Below, piece after piece: positions 31,866 through 40,979 of a stretch of DNA of 64,000 bases. How positions within the stretch are numbered: position 1 is the first letter of the stretch; every line of letters begins with the position of its first letter. The notes under the pieces are model-generated. The model was given only the letters and a program-made list of their open reading frames with translations. It was not told where the DNA came from and made no database searches. The stretch is taken from positions 5,653 to 69,652 of the forward strand of contig JAKFXX010000007.1 in NCBI GenBank assembly GCA_021731145.1, in the 5' to 3' direction. The position numbers and the translations under genes are program-made. The DNA is from Gammaproteobacteria bacterium. GTDB taxonomy: Bacteria > Pseudomonadota > Gammaproteobacteria > Ga0077554 > Ga007554.

Positions 31866-31870
31866 TCACT

Positions 31871-31905
31871 AAAAAGAGGCAGGGAGCGACACAAACGCCC
31901 CCTGC
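31871..31905 (-). terminator. Probable terminator/attenuator between porin and glnK
   Basis: 10-bp stem (one mismatch) GCAGGGGGCG/CGCTCCCTGC on the minus strand, followed by CTCTTTTT. Confidence 0.5.
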
Positions 31906-31912
31906 ACGGGAA

Positions 31913-33034
31913 TTAAAACTTGTAGATGGCTTGCAACGCGGTGGAGAGTTGATTGTCTGTGAACGTGCCGTCGCTCTTCAGGAAGCTCTTCTTGTCAGAC
32001 TTGTCGGCGCGTACTTCCGCCCGCAGTTCCACGTTTTCGGTCGGTATGTGGGCCAGCGTCAGCGTGGCTTCATCCCACTTCTGCGTGACGCCGGTGCGGT
32101 AGCCATTCTTGTCGTCGAAGGTCTCGGCGCGCAGTGCCACGCGCCAGGTATCGCTGAACTTGTAATTGGCGTAGCCAGCCACACCCCACCACTTCGCTTT
32201 CTCGCCCAGCGTCACGGCATTTTCCTGAGTGGCATAGTCGTAGTTGAGGACGAAGCTCAGGGCGTCGGTGGCGTTCCAGGTGGCGACCAGGTCAACCAGG
32301 TTGCGCAGACCAAGATCGCCGGTGCCCGCTGCGTTATTGGCATATTCCCTGCCGCTGTGGAGCGAACCAGCCAGAAGTAATGGCTTGACAGGGTTGGCGG
32401 AGAAGCCGAATTCCAGGGTCTTGTTCTGGTTGTTGTCCTTCTGTGCATCCCAGCCGTTGTTGACGCCAGCCATCAGTGACAGCGTGTCATTAACGGTGTA
32501 GGTCAGCCGCGCGCCAGTGTGGGCGAAGGGGATGGCGTAGCCGAACAGGATGGAGCGCGAGAAGTTCAGATTGCTGGGGCTTTTGATTACCTCGGCGCCC
32601 GCCAGCGTGACATATTTACCCGCGATTACCATTAGCGGGCCACTGGCGTAATGCACATAGGCCTGCTGCACCTCTTTGGTGTTGCCAGGGCCGGCGGCGG
32701 CAACCACCTCGGCATCCGGCCCGAAATTGAGGTTTACCAACCCGCCAAACCCGTTGGAGGGCAGCTTGGATACCGTCACGTCGATCATTTGCAGGTTAAA
32801 ATTGTTGCGCGTGGTGTCGAAGACGCGGTTGGCGACACCACTGGTGAATGCGCCAGTCCCTGACAGGCTGGTATAAGAAGTATCGATATACCCCGACACA
32901 TTGATCCCCGATGCCCCCATGATCTGCCCCAGGCTCGGTACACCCGGTTTCTCCGGCATTTTTTCTTCCGCAGCAAGCGCGGGAACGCTGGTAAGCAGGC
33001 TGACGGCAAAAAGCGTATTTTTGAATGTACTCAT
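31913..33034 (-). CDS. Outer-membrane porin (OmpL-like/BBP2-type beta-barrel)
   Basis: 373 aa. Signal peptide ...VPALAAEE; alternating beta-strand pattern; C-terminal ...LQAIYKF. Upstream of glnK-amtB. Confidence 0.7.
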   Translation of the reverse strand: MSTFKNTLFAVSLLTSVPALAAEEKMPEKPGVPSLGQIMGASGINVSGYIDTSYTSLSGTGAFTSGVANRVFDTTRNNFNLQMIDVTVSKLPSNGFGGLVNLNFGPDAEVVAAAGPGNTKEVQQAYVHYASGPLMVIAGKYVTLAGAEVIKSPSNLNFSRSILFGYAIPFAHTGARLTYTVNDTLSLMAGVNNGWDAQKDNNQNKTLEFGFSANPVKPLLLAGSLHSGREYANNAAGTGDLGLRNLVDLVATWNATDALSFVLNYDYATQENAVTLGEKAKWWGVAGYANYKFSDTWRVALRAETFDDKNGYRTGVTQKWDEATLTLAHIPTENVELRAEVRADKSDKKSFLKSDGTFTDNQLSTALQAIYKF

Positions 33035-33361
33035 GATCTCCCCTTAATAATCTGTTTCCGGGCAGGGCCGGGCTGTGGTTTTTTGTGAAAAATAACGGAA
33101 AAACTTCATTATGATCCGTACTCGCCAAGACAAGTGCAGATCCCATGCCATTGCAATATTATTTATAATAAACAATATTTTAAAAAATAAATGCGAAAGC
33201 TCAAGAAAATCTTGTGAACCAATATGGTGCGGCATGCCAAGGGCGTCGCACCGAAAAGGTGCGTCGCTGGCTGCGGATCAGATTTCCGCAAGCTGCCTGG
33301 CATAATGTTAGGCTATGGATGTGCGCGGAATCTGGCATGGGTGTTTCTGACGATGTGAGGA

Positions 33362-33682
33362 ATGATGATGAAAATAACGCAAGGGACGTTTTCATTTCTG
33401 CCTGACCTGACTGCCGAACAGCTCACGGCGCAGATTAGATATGCGCTGGAACAGGGCTGGGCAATACACATTGAATACACCAGCGACCCTGATCCACGCA
33501 ACGACTACTGGGACATGTGGGGCGCGCCACTGCTGGACCCGCATGACCCTGCGAGCATCGTGGCGGAAATCAACGCCTGCTGTGCGGCTAACCCAAACAG
33601 TTATGCACGGGTCACGGCGTTCGACAGCACTCTCAAGCGTAACACCAAGATGTCCTTTCTTGTGAACCGTCCCAAGGAATAG
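33362..33682 (+). CDS. Orphan RuBisCO small-subunit-like protein, red-type (form IC/ID-like) core without the C-terminal hairpin extension
   Basis: 106 aa. KITQGTFSFLPDLTAEQ, GWAIHIEYTSDPDPRNDYWDMWG and AFDST...MSFLVNRPKE match the red-type SSU pattern. GAGGA RBS before a triple ATG. No adjacent large subunit. Confidence 0.75.
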   Translation: MMMKITQGTFSFLPDLTAEQLTAQIRYALEQGWAIHIEYTSDPDPRNDYWDMWGAPLLDPHDPASIVAEINACCAANPNSYARVTAFDSTLKRNTKMSFLVNRPKE

Positions 33683-33696
33683 GGAGCAGCATTATT

Positions 33697-34089
33697 TTGG
33701 AGGCGTGTGTGCCTGATCGTTTGCGAGACATCCCACCTCTGAGATCGTTGCCCTATGCCATGGAGGCGGCGCGCTACAACCATGTCAAGCTGGCGTTGAT
33801 CCGTCTGGGCAGTCCTCTTGAATTCGATCTGCCGGATGCCGGTGTAGACCTGGTGTTGGACAACCATTCATGGATCGGTTTTTCCAGTTGGCAGGAGGCC
33901 TTCCCCCTATTTGAATGGACGGACTTTCAAACCACGCATCGTGAGTCATTGCACGAACCCATCGCCTGCACCCTGCACATCTATCATCTGCACGCGGGGG
34001 TGCTGTTGAGGCGGGCAGTAGAGGAGATGGATGCGCTGCTGGATGAGCGGTTGTCGAAGCCTGATCAGACGTCCCCGGGCAAGACATAG
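33697..34089 (+). CDS. Hypothetical protein (110-130 aa), no recognised family
   Basis: ORF starts 15 nt after the SSU-like stop. GGAGG at 33698 precedes an in-frame GTG at 33709; an alternative ATG is at 33760. The 3' end overlaps the convergent VOC gene by 25 nt. Confidence 0.4.
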   Translation: MEACVPDRLRDIPPLRSLPYAMEAARYNHVKLALIRLGSPLEFDLPDAGVDLVLDNHSWIGFSSWQEAFPLFEWTDFQTTHRESLHEPIACTLHIYHLHAGVLLRRAVEEMDALLDERLSKPDQTSPGKT

Positions 34090-34511
34090 GCCGTATCCCT
34101 GGCAAAAGGCGCCGCATTCTGCGCCCATTCCTCCTGCGGCACGTCCACGCCCAGCTCCACCACGTTGCCATCCGGATCCTGCACATAAAACGAGCGCATT
34201 ACGGTGTGGTCCACCGTACCTAAAAGAGTGGCGCCGCTGGCCTGGCAACGCTTGTAAAGCTGCGCCAGTGCCGGTTCGTCGCCGACATCAATACAGAAGT
34301 GGAACAGCCCCGTGTGTTGCGGTTGCGGCGACGCCGCGCTTGCACCAATCTCCATCAGCGCCAGATCGTGGTGATGCCCTCCCGCGCGGTAAAACCACAT
34401 CCTGCCCCGCTCTCCGACGCGTTCCATGCCGAGGATCTCCCGGTAAAAGTGATCGGATGCGTGCAAGTTGCGCACCTTCAGGACAACATGATTGATACCG
34501 CGTAACGTCAT
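34065..34511 (-). CDS. VOC (glyoxalase/bleomycin resistance/extradiol dioxygenase) family protein
   Basis: 148 aa. INHVVLKVRNLHASDHFYREILGM... and HFCIDV... beta-alpha-beta-beta-beta module pattern. Confidence 0.8.
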   Translation of the reverse strand: MTLRGINHVVLKVRNLHASDHFYREILGMERVGERGRMWFYRAGGHHHDLALMEIGASAASPQPQHTGLFHFCIDVGDEPALAQLYKRCQASGATLLGTVDHTVMRSFYVQDPDGNVVELGVDVPQEEWAQNAAPFARDTAYVLPGDV

Positions 34512-34753
34512 GGCGTATCCTTATAGAAATATCTTGCCGAAATCAGGTTGCTACACCGTCGATAGAACCTGCATAGTAAAAAACCTATAAAAATAATATT
34601 TATTACTGATTGTTATTTATATGTGCGCGGATTGTATAGTCGTGCCATGGGTAAGGATATTTGCGAGAGTTTCCTTAGTGTCAAGGCCGAGCGGGTGCGG
34701 AGATTGGTTTGATCTGCCGTGAGGTTAAATCCAAATTGGGTGAGTATGCAAGC

Positions 34754-37639
34754 ATGAATGAAACGACAAACAACGTATCAGCACCTGTCTCCTCCGGACG
34801 GGACATCGCTTTGCAGCGCCGCCGTGCTTTGTCGAGCAACGGCAAGGCAGGGCTGGCAGCAAGCAAGCCGACGGCAATGCGTAGCGCGTCCAGCCCTGCA
34901 AAACCCACGGAAAAACCTGCCGAGATAACGGCTCCCTCTGCGCCAACTGCACAAACACCGCCAGTTCAGGCTACACCGGCAGGCAGCATGAGTGGCAGTG
35001 AGCGTGCCCGCGCACGGCGCCAGGCGCTTGCGCAAAATGGCAAGGCGGGGTTGGGGTTAAAGACGGTGCAGCAGGGCAGATCACGGTCCGCAGTTACGGC
35101 GCCAGTGCAGGTCAATACGGCGGCGGAGCTGCCCGCTGAGGCATCGACTGCCAAAAAAGAGGGTTGTGGCTGCGGTTGCAAGCCCGGCCGGTCTCCCGAA
35201 TCAACGGTGGCGCTTCAGGCCGAAGCCCAGTTGGACCAGATATGCGAGACGGTGGAGGCCGATGCCAGCGTTGACAGCCCCGCCGTATCAACAGTGCGCG
35301 CCTTGTGTCTGGCGCGGAGGCAGGCGCTGGCGAATCACGGCAAGGCGGCACTGGGTAAAACAACTGGCGTGACCAGGGCGCAACAACTGGCGGGAACGGG
35401 GCGTGAAGGGGCGTGGAAAAATGCTGCCGCCAAGGGCTTGTCGGGACGCGAAATTGCGCGCGCACGCCGGGAAGAGTTATGCAGGCTTGGCCGTGGCAGT
35501 CAGGCCACCTGCCGTCCCTCGGGACGGACGCGCCCGGCCGCCGATTCGGCCGATGCTCCGCCAAAGGTTGAGGAGACCTCAACCCTGCGCGGCCAGGTTA
35601 TCAGCGGCACACGCGTGGAGCGCAGCACCAAGGTGACCGGCAACGAGCCGGGTACTTGCCGCACCATCACCGGCACCGAATATATCGCGCTGGATCAATA
35701 CGAAGGCTTTTGCGGCACCCGCCCGGCGGCGGGCGTCGCCAAGGTGGGCATGACCCGCACCGGGCGTGGTCAATCGGTCACGGGCGTGGAGGTGGGCCGT
35801 AGCATGAAGGTGACGGGCGATGAGCATGGCGCCTGCAAATCAGTCACGGGCACGGAATACATCGGCACTGAGCGCTTTGATGAATTTTGCGCTGAACGCC
35901 CGGCGGTTGCTCCAGCCAAGGTGAGCGCAGTGCAGACCGGGCGCGGGCAGACCGTTACCGGTGCCGAGGTGGGCCGCAGCTCGAAGGTGACAGGAGACGA
36001 GACAGGTTCGTGCCGTGCCATTACGGGTGATGAATACCTGAATCCAAAGGCATCCGCAGTGCCCTGTGCGAGCGAAAGTGATGGCGGCGCCCCTAAAAAG
36101 GTAGGTGCTACGCGGACATCTCATGGCTTGGCCGTTTCAGGAACGCAGGTAGGACGCTCGGTGAAGGTTACCGGTGATGAGCATGGTGCATGCATGTCGG
36201 TGACGGGCACCGAATATCTTGGTGCGGAGCAGTTCAAGTCTTTTTGTGCCGCCGATTCCGTTGCGGGGCCGCGCTCGGCAATCGCTCCCTGCATTGCCCT
36301 ACCTCCTGCATCCATGCAGTCGAAGGTGCAGGAGATGGCGACGCTCGGTGGTCAGGGGCTTACAGGTACAGCAGTTGGGCGCAGCGTAAGTGTGACCGGC
36401 GATGAGCCCGGTTCATGCCGACAGCTTACGGGCACGCAGTATTACACCCCCAATCAGTCCGGGCGGTTATGCGCCGAACCGGGTGCGCCTGCCAAAGTGG
36501 GTTTGACGCACACCATGAGCGAGCGCGGCATAACCGGCACAGACGTCGACCGCAGCTCAAAAGTGACGGGCAACGAGTACGGCGCGTGCAAACCCGTCAC
36601 CGGCACGGAGTACGTTAGCGCAGAGCAATATCAGACATTGTGTGGCAGCAAGCCCGCGCCCAACCCTGCAAAGGTGGGGGTTGCGCGCACCTGGCATCAG
36701 CAACAGGTGTCCGGCACCCAGGTGGGTCGCAGTGACAGAGTGACGGGCGATGAGTATGGCGGCTGCAAGCCGATTACCGGCACGGAATATATCGGCCCTG
36801 ATCAGTACGCTGCTTTTTGCCAGAATGATGAAACGGCCGCCAGCCAGGAGCGTGTTAGAACGTTGCGCAGCACGCCAGGTGCGATGCTTACCGGTATCCA
36901 GCCGGGCATCAACGGTCGCATGACGGGTGGCGGGCGCGGTGCATGTACGCCGGTCAGCGGTACCCCTTATGTGGGTACGGATCAGTTTGCGGGGCAGTGT
37001 GGCACGGCCGCCGCGCCTGCCGTGAATGCGCACCATCGCGTGTCCGGCCCGGCCGATGGCAGCGGCGCCCGCTCCCAGGTGACACTCTCTGCTGCAAGGG
37101 CGGCTGCATCGCCATCGGCACGGGTGCCGAGCCTGGACTTTAGCGTCACTACCCCGGCGCGCAGTGCCCAGACGCGCCAAACCCAGCGTATCACCGGCAC
37201 GGCCTATGCCAGCAGTGGTCGGGTCACCGGCCCGGTGACACTGGCGGCGGGACTGATCTCCGGTACGCCGGAATTCCGCTACACCGCTGATGAGGGTGTG
37301 ACGGCTGCGCGGGGTTACTCTGCTGCAGGCGCCGCGCCCGTTGCCCCCGAATCCGAACCCGAGCGCAAGCGCGTTACCGGTGAGGGACGCGAGAATGGAC
37401 GTGCCATCACCGGCGATGATTGGCAGCGTGGCAGCCGGGTAACCGGCACCGAAGGCTCCTGGGCCGCAGGGCGCAACATGACACAGCGTGGCGAGTCGCG
37501 CGACAGACCGGTCGCAGTGGGCGCGCGTAACTTCAAGGGAATGGAGAAACCGGAAGTGGCGCCAAGCCGTGTCACCGGCAGCAGCGGCAACACAGGCAGC
37601 GGCGCGGCTATCACGATCTCGGGTGGTGCGCGTGGGTAA
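34754..37639 (+). CDS. csoS2: Carboxysome assembly scaffold CsoS2
   Basis: Start taken at MNETTNN. Four N-terminal basic repeats (ALQRRRALSSNGKAG, ARARRQALAQNGKAGLG, CLARRQALANHGKAALG, IARARREELCRLGRG). Seven middle repeats of the type VTG(D/N)E.G.C+.(I/V)TGTEY....F/C. C-terminal RVTG-type repeats. Confidence 0.92.
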   Translation: MNETTNNVSAPVSSGRDIALQRRRALSSNGKAGLAASKPTAMRSASSPAKPTEKPAEITAPSAPTAQTPPVQATPAGSMSGSERARARRQALAQNGKAGLGLKTVQQGRSRSAVTAPVQVNTAAELPAEASTAKKEGCGCGCKPGRSPESTVALQAEAQLDQICETVEADASVDSPAVSTVRALCLARRQALANHGKAALGKTTGVTRAQQLAGTGREGAWKNAAAKGLSGREIARARREELCRLGRGSQATCRPSGRTRPAADSADAPPKVEETSTLRGQVISGTRVERSTKVTGNEPGTCRTITGTEYIALDQYEGFCGTRPAAGVAKVGMTRTGRGQSVTGVEVGRSMKVTGDEHGACKSVTGTEYIGTERFDEFCAERPAVAPAKVSAVQTGRGQTVTGAEVGRSSKVTGDETGSCRAITGDEYLNPKASAVPCASESDGGAPKKVGATRTSHGLAVSGTQVGRSVKVTGDEHGACMSVTGTEYLGAEQFKSFCAADSVAGPRSAIAPCIALPPASMQSKVQEMATLGGQGLTGTAVGRSVSVTGDEPGSCRQLTGTQYYTPNQSGRLCAEPGAPAKVGLTHTMSERGITGTDVDRSSKVTGNEYGACKPVTGTEYVSAEQYQTLCGSKPAPNPAKVGVARTWHQQQVSGTQVGRSDRVTGDEYGGCKPITGTEYIGPDQYAAFCQNDETAASQERVRTLRSTPGAMLTGIQPGINGRMTGGGRGACTPVSGTPYVGTDQFAGQCGTAAAPAVNAHHRVSGPADGSGARSQVTLSAARAAASPSARVPSLDFSVTTPARSAQTRQTQRITGTAYASSGRVTGPVTLAAGLISGTPEFRYTADEGVTAARGYSAAGAAPVAPESEPERKRVTGEGRENGRAITGDDWQRGSRVTGTEGSWAAGRNMTQRGESRDRPVAVGARNFKGMEKPEVAPSRVTGSSGNTGSGAAITISGGARG

Positions 37640-37649
37640 TCTGGATTGA

Positions 37650-39266
37650 ATGGGTAAGCAGCAAATGAGCCTCAGAAATCGCACATCGCACGGCAGGGGT
37701 GCCCAACGCGCTGGCCCGTATGGCCTGGGTACGCGCCATGCGGCGATGCCGTATCGAGGTTCTGCCACCGCTCCGGAGGCTGCGGGATCTGCCCCAGTCT
37801 GTGATGTGGTTGACGAGTTGTCGGCGGCTCCCTTGGCAGCGAGCGAAAGGGGAAGTGCGCCTCACCCCTTGTCCAATGCGGAAGAAAACCAGCGGTTGTA
37901 CGATTACGAGCGTTCGGTGAAGGACAAATTTGCCGCGATTATTCCGGTGCTCAAGGAAATCGCAGCAATCCAGCACGAACCGGGCTTTGTTCAGCATGCC
38001 CAGAATATTGCCCATGCCCGGCTGGGTTTTGCGCTGCCATCAAGCACGCTTGAGGATGCCTGGGTAGAGCAACTGGACATGCGCTCATTATATGCCCACT
38101 GCGTATTTCAGGCCTTCCATTGGGCTGCGGAGCGGTTTTGCGACGAACAGGCGCGGCAGCAGGTGACGATGGAGCAGACGTTATGCTCGTTGTTCGACTG
38201 CGGTTTTCACGAGGTGGATTTTTCGCCGTGCGCAGACGGGCGCCTGATGGGGCTGGTGACATTTATTTTGCGTCTGCCGTATGGCGCCGTGCGCAGAAAG
38301 TCCTATGCCGGCGCGATGTTCGATGTGGAAGCGAATGCCAGACACTGGATGCGCACCGAGTTTTACCGCTATCGCGAGGGTAAGCCCAGCCTGCCGGATG
38401 CTGGAACGCGCTATCTGAAAATTGCGGTGTATCACTGGAGCAGTTCCGATCCGGCGCATGAGGGTTGCGCCGCGCACGGCAGCAACGAGCGCGATGCCGC
38501 TGAGGCGGCGCTGAATCAACTGATTGCCTTCCGCCAGGCGATAGAGAATAGCTTCTGCTGCGGCGCGTCGGTGGATATATTGCTGATCGGTGTTGACACC
38601 GACACCGACAGCATCAAGGTACACATCCCGGATGCGGATGGCGCGATGAGCCTGTTTCGTTATGTCGACAGCGCGGAACTTTATCGCCAGAGTGCAGGGC
38701 TGGATGTAGGCAATGCGCATTTGTATGTGCATCGGGCGATTCAGGAGACGGCCCGTGCCGAGGGTTGGGCGCAAGGTAACGGTGCGCCGCACGAAGGCAT
38801 GTTGCGGCTGATTGCATCATTGCTCATTAACAACCTGTCGCAGATCGAATATGTGCGCCGGAACCACGGCGGACGTTATGGCGACATCGGCCACAATGAA
38901 TTGTTTATCAGCGTGGGCGAAGGGTTTGAAGAGGTGCAGATACGCAACCTCACCTATTACGCAGCGACGTACACGGTGGAGGAAGGCGCGGCGGACCTTG
39001 ATATCGGCATCAAGATTTTCAAGAAGCTGAACGTGACGCACGGGTTGCCTATCCCGATTATCGTTCACTATCGCTATGACAGCCGGGTGCCGGGATCGAA
39101 ACAGCGCATCATGGCGCAGTGTCGGCGGATGAAGGCGGCGATCGAAGCACGGTACAGTGAGTTGAAGCAAAAAGGGCTGTTGGTATGCGCAATGGCGGTA
39201 CAGGATAAAACGCCTGGCAGCCGGATCGAGATGATCAATGATGAGGCGGTTCTTGCTCATCCCTGA
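37650..39266 (+). CDS. csoS3: Carboxysome shell carbonic anhydrase CsoSCA (CsoS3)
   Basis: 538 aa. Directly after csoS2. HPLSNAEENQRLYDYERSVKDKFAAIIPVLKEI N-domain and catalytic-domain Cys/His pattern (SPCADGRL..., HEGCAAHGSN) collinear with CsoSCA. The true start may be internal. Confidence 0.85.
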   Translation: MGKQQMSLRNRTSHGRGAQRAGPYGLGTRHAAMPYRGSATAPEAAGSAPVCDVVDELSAAPLAASERGSAPHPLSNAEENQRLYDYERSVKDKFAAIIPVLKEIAAIQHEPGFVQHAQNIAHARLGFALPSSTLEDAWVEQLDMRSLYAHCVFQAFHWAAERFCDEQARQQVTMEQTLCSLFDCGFHEVDFSPCADGRLMGLVTFILRLPYGAVRRKSYAGAMFDVEANARHWMRTEFYRYREGKPSLPDAGTRYLKIAVYHWSSSDPAHEGCAAHGSNERDAAEAALNQLIAFRQAIENSFCCGASVDILLIGVDTDTDSIKVHIPDADGAMSLFRYVDSAELYRQSAGLDVGNAHLYVHRAIQETARAEGWAQGNGAPHEGMLRLIASLLINNLSQIEYVRRNHGGRYGDIGHNELFISVGEGFEEVQIRNLTYYAATYTVEEGAADLDIGIKIFKKLNVTHGLPIPIIVHYRYDSRVPGSKQRIMAQCRRMKAAIEARYSELKQKGLLVCAMAVQDKTPGSRIEMINDEAVLAHP

Positions 39267-39332
39267 GTTCACCGCACTTGGCATCCTGCCCGGCGGCGGC
39301 AGATACGGTCATTAGATTTACTGGAGTGGAAC

Positions 39333-39581
39333 ATGAAGATTTGTCAGGTAGAGAAGACCTTGGTTTCCACAAATCGCATCAGAGAAATGGGACACAAACC
39401 CCTGCTGGTCGTGAAAGAGAAGAGCGGTGGCCGCAGTGTCGCGGTTGATGCGGTAGGATGCATTCCCGGCGACTGGGTGATTGTGGTGGGCAGTTCGGCG
39501 GCACGCGAGGCGGCGGGCAGCAAAGAATACCCGAGCGACGCTACCATTGTTGGCATTATTGATCACTGGAAGGAAGAATGA
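39333..39581 (+). CDS. csoS4A: Carboxysome vertex pentamer protein CsoS4A (EutN/CcmL family)
   Basis: 82 aa. MKICQVEKTLVSTNRI...AVDAVGCIPGDWVIVVGSSAAR pattern of BMC-P. Confidence 0.88.
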   Translation: MKICQVEKTLVSTNRIREMGHKPLLVVKEKSGGRSVAVDAVGCIPGDWVIVVGSSAAREAAGSKEYPSDATIVGIIDHWKEE

Positions 39582-39584
39582 CCG

Positions 39585-39869
39585 ATGGACATCCTGCAGG
39601 TGGTTGATGAGCTGGTGGTAACCCGTCGCATTCCAGGTTTGTACGGCGCCTCGTTGCGGATCATGCGTGACGCCAAAGGCAAGCTCAGCGTGGCGACCGA
39701 TCCGGTGGGTGTGCCGCCAGGAAAATGGGTTTTCACCGCAAGTGGTTCAGCCGCACGCTATGCGATGGGCAACTACAAGGTTCTTACTGATCTTGCGATT
39801 GGCGGGATCATAGACCAGTGGGATACGGAAGAAGCAGGCGACAGCGCATCTGCGAAAAAGGTTGTTTGA
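39585..39869 (+). CDS. csoS4B: Carboxysome vertex pentamer protein CsoS4B (EutN/CcmL family)
   Basis: 94 aa. MDILQVVDELVVTRRIPGL...ATDPVGVPPGKWVFTASGSAAR. Confidence 0.88.
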   Translation: MDILQVVDELVVTRRIPGLYGASLRIMRDAKGKLSVATDPVGVPPGKWVFTASGSAARYAMGNYKVLTDLAIGGIIDQWDTEEAGDSASAKKVV

Positions 39870-39925
39870 GTCAAAATTGTTTATGGGCGTGATTTTTTAT
39901 TTTACGAGAAAGAGAGGTGGTGAAA

Positions 39926-40225
39926 ATGGCAAATGAACGGTATGGAATTGCATTGGGCATGATCGAAACGCGTGGCTTGGTGCCTGCCATTGAAGCGGCG
40001 GATGCCATGACCAAGGCAGCGGAAGTGCGTCTGATTGGGCGTCAATTCGTCGGTGGCGGCTACGTCACTGTGCTGGTACGCGGTGAAACCGGCGCAGTCA
40101 ACGCCGCTGTGCGTGCCGGTGCGGATGCCTGCGAACGTGTCGGCGATGGCCTGGTGGCAGCGCACATCATCGCACGCGTGCATAGCGAGGTGGAAAACAT
40201 TCTGCCGGCACGTCCTGGCGCGTAA
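39926..40225 (+). CDS. csoS1: Carboxysome shell hexamer protein CsoS1 (BMC-H), copy 1
   Basis: MANERYGIALGMIETRGLVPAIEAADAMTKAAEVRLIGRQFVGGGYVTVLVRGETGAVNAAVRAG... ATG at 39926. Confidence 0.95.
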   Translation: MANERYGIALGMIETRGLVPAIEAADAMTKAAEVRLIGRQFVGGGYVTVLVRGETGAVNAAVRAGADACERVGDGLVAAHIIARVHSEVENILPARPGA

Positions 40226-40274
40226 GGTTTTTCGGTTTTTTTGGCTTCTTTAATGAGATAAATGAGGAATAGAC

Positions 40275-40577
40275 ATGGCTAACGAAGTGACGGGTATTGC
40301 ATTGGGTATGATTGAAACACGCGGCTTGGTGCCTGCCATCGAAGCGGCGGATGCCATGACCAAGGCAGCGGAAGTGCGTCTGATCGGGCGTCAGTTCGTC
40401 GGCGGCGGCTACGTCACCGTGCTGGTGCGCGGCGAAACCGGCGCAGTCAACGCCGCTGTGCGTGCTGGTGCGGATGCCTGTGAGCGTGTCGGCGATGGCC
40501 TGGTGGCAGCCCACATCATCGCGCGCGTACACAACGAAGTGGAAAATATTTTGCCCAGCAAGCCCACAGCGGGCTGA
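40275..40577 (+). CDS. csoS1: Carboxysome shell hexamer protein CsoS1 (BMC-H), copy 2
   Basis: Core of ~80 aa identical to copies 1 and 3; differs in the first ~6 and last ~10 residues. Confidence 0.95.
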   Translation: MANEVTGIALGMIETRGLVPAIEAADAMTKAAEVRLIGRQFVGGGYVTVLVRGETGAVNAAVRAGADACERVGDGLVAAHIIARVHNEVENILPSKPTAG

Positions 40578-40640
40578 ATGAACAAGCCGCAGGCTTGATT
40601 TGAATCCGGGTAGTTATTATTTTTTGAGGAGCAATAAGAA

Positions 40641-40979
40641 ATGGCAAATACTTTTCATGGTATTGCATTGGGTATGATTGAAACGCGTGGTCTGGTGCCT
40701 GCTATCGAAGCGGCCGATGCCATGACCAAGGCAGCGGAAGTGCGCTTGATCGGGCGTCAGTTCGTCGGCGGCGGCTACGTCACCGTGCTGGTGCGCGGCG
40801 AAACCGGCGCAGTCAACGCCGCTGTGCGTGCCGGTGCGGATGCCTGTGAGCGTGTTGGCGATGGCCTGGTGGCAGCGCACATCATCGCACGCGTACACAG
40901 CGAAGTAGAAAACATCCTGCCGCAAACGCCGGGTGGCGAAGGCGGACTTGACGCGGAAATCACCCAAGTTCGTAGCTGA
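40641..40979 (+). CDS. csoS1: Carboxysome shell hexamer protein CsoS1 (BMC-H), copy 3, longer C-terminal tail
   Basis: Same BMC core. The tail ...LPQTPGGEGGLDAEITQVRS is unique to this copy. Confidence 0.95.
   Translation: MANTFHGIALGMIETRGLVPAIEAADAMTKAAEVRLIGRQFVGGGYVTVLVRGETGAVNAAVRAGADACERVGDGLVAAHIIARVHSEVENILPQTPGGEGGLDAEITQVRS

Noticed and set aside
33362-33682. The orphan SSU-like ORF as a dead remnant of a lost form IC cbbLS operon.
   Set aside because: Not fully excluded. However, the ORF is intact across all conserved SSU blocks, has a strong RBS and carries the same promoter box as cbbL, so it is reported as a finding with the pseudogene scenario as its refutation.
34754-40979. 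Repetitive DNA in csoS2 and the csoS1 triplet as a possible CRISPR or other non-coding array.
   Set aside because: The repeats are in-frame protein repeats (CsoS2 N/M/C motifs) or whole paralogous genes. There is no short repeat / unique spacer periodicity and no cas genes.
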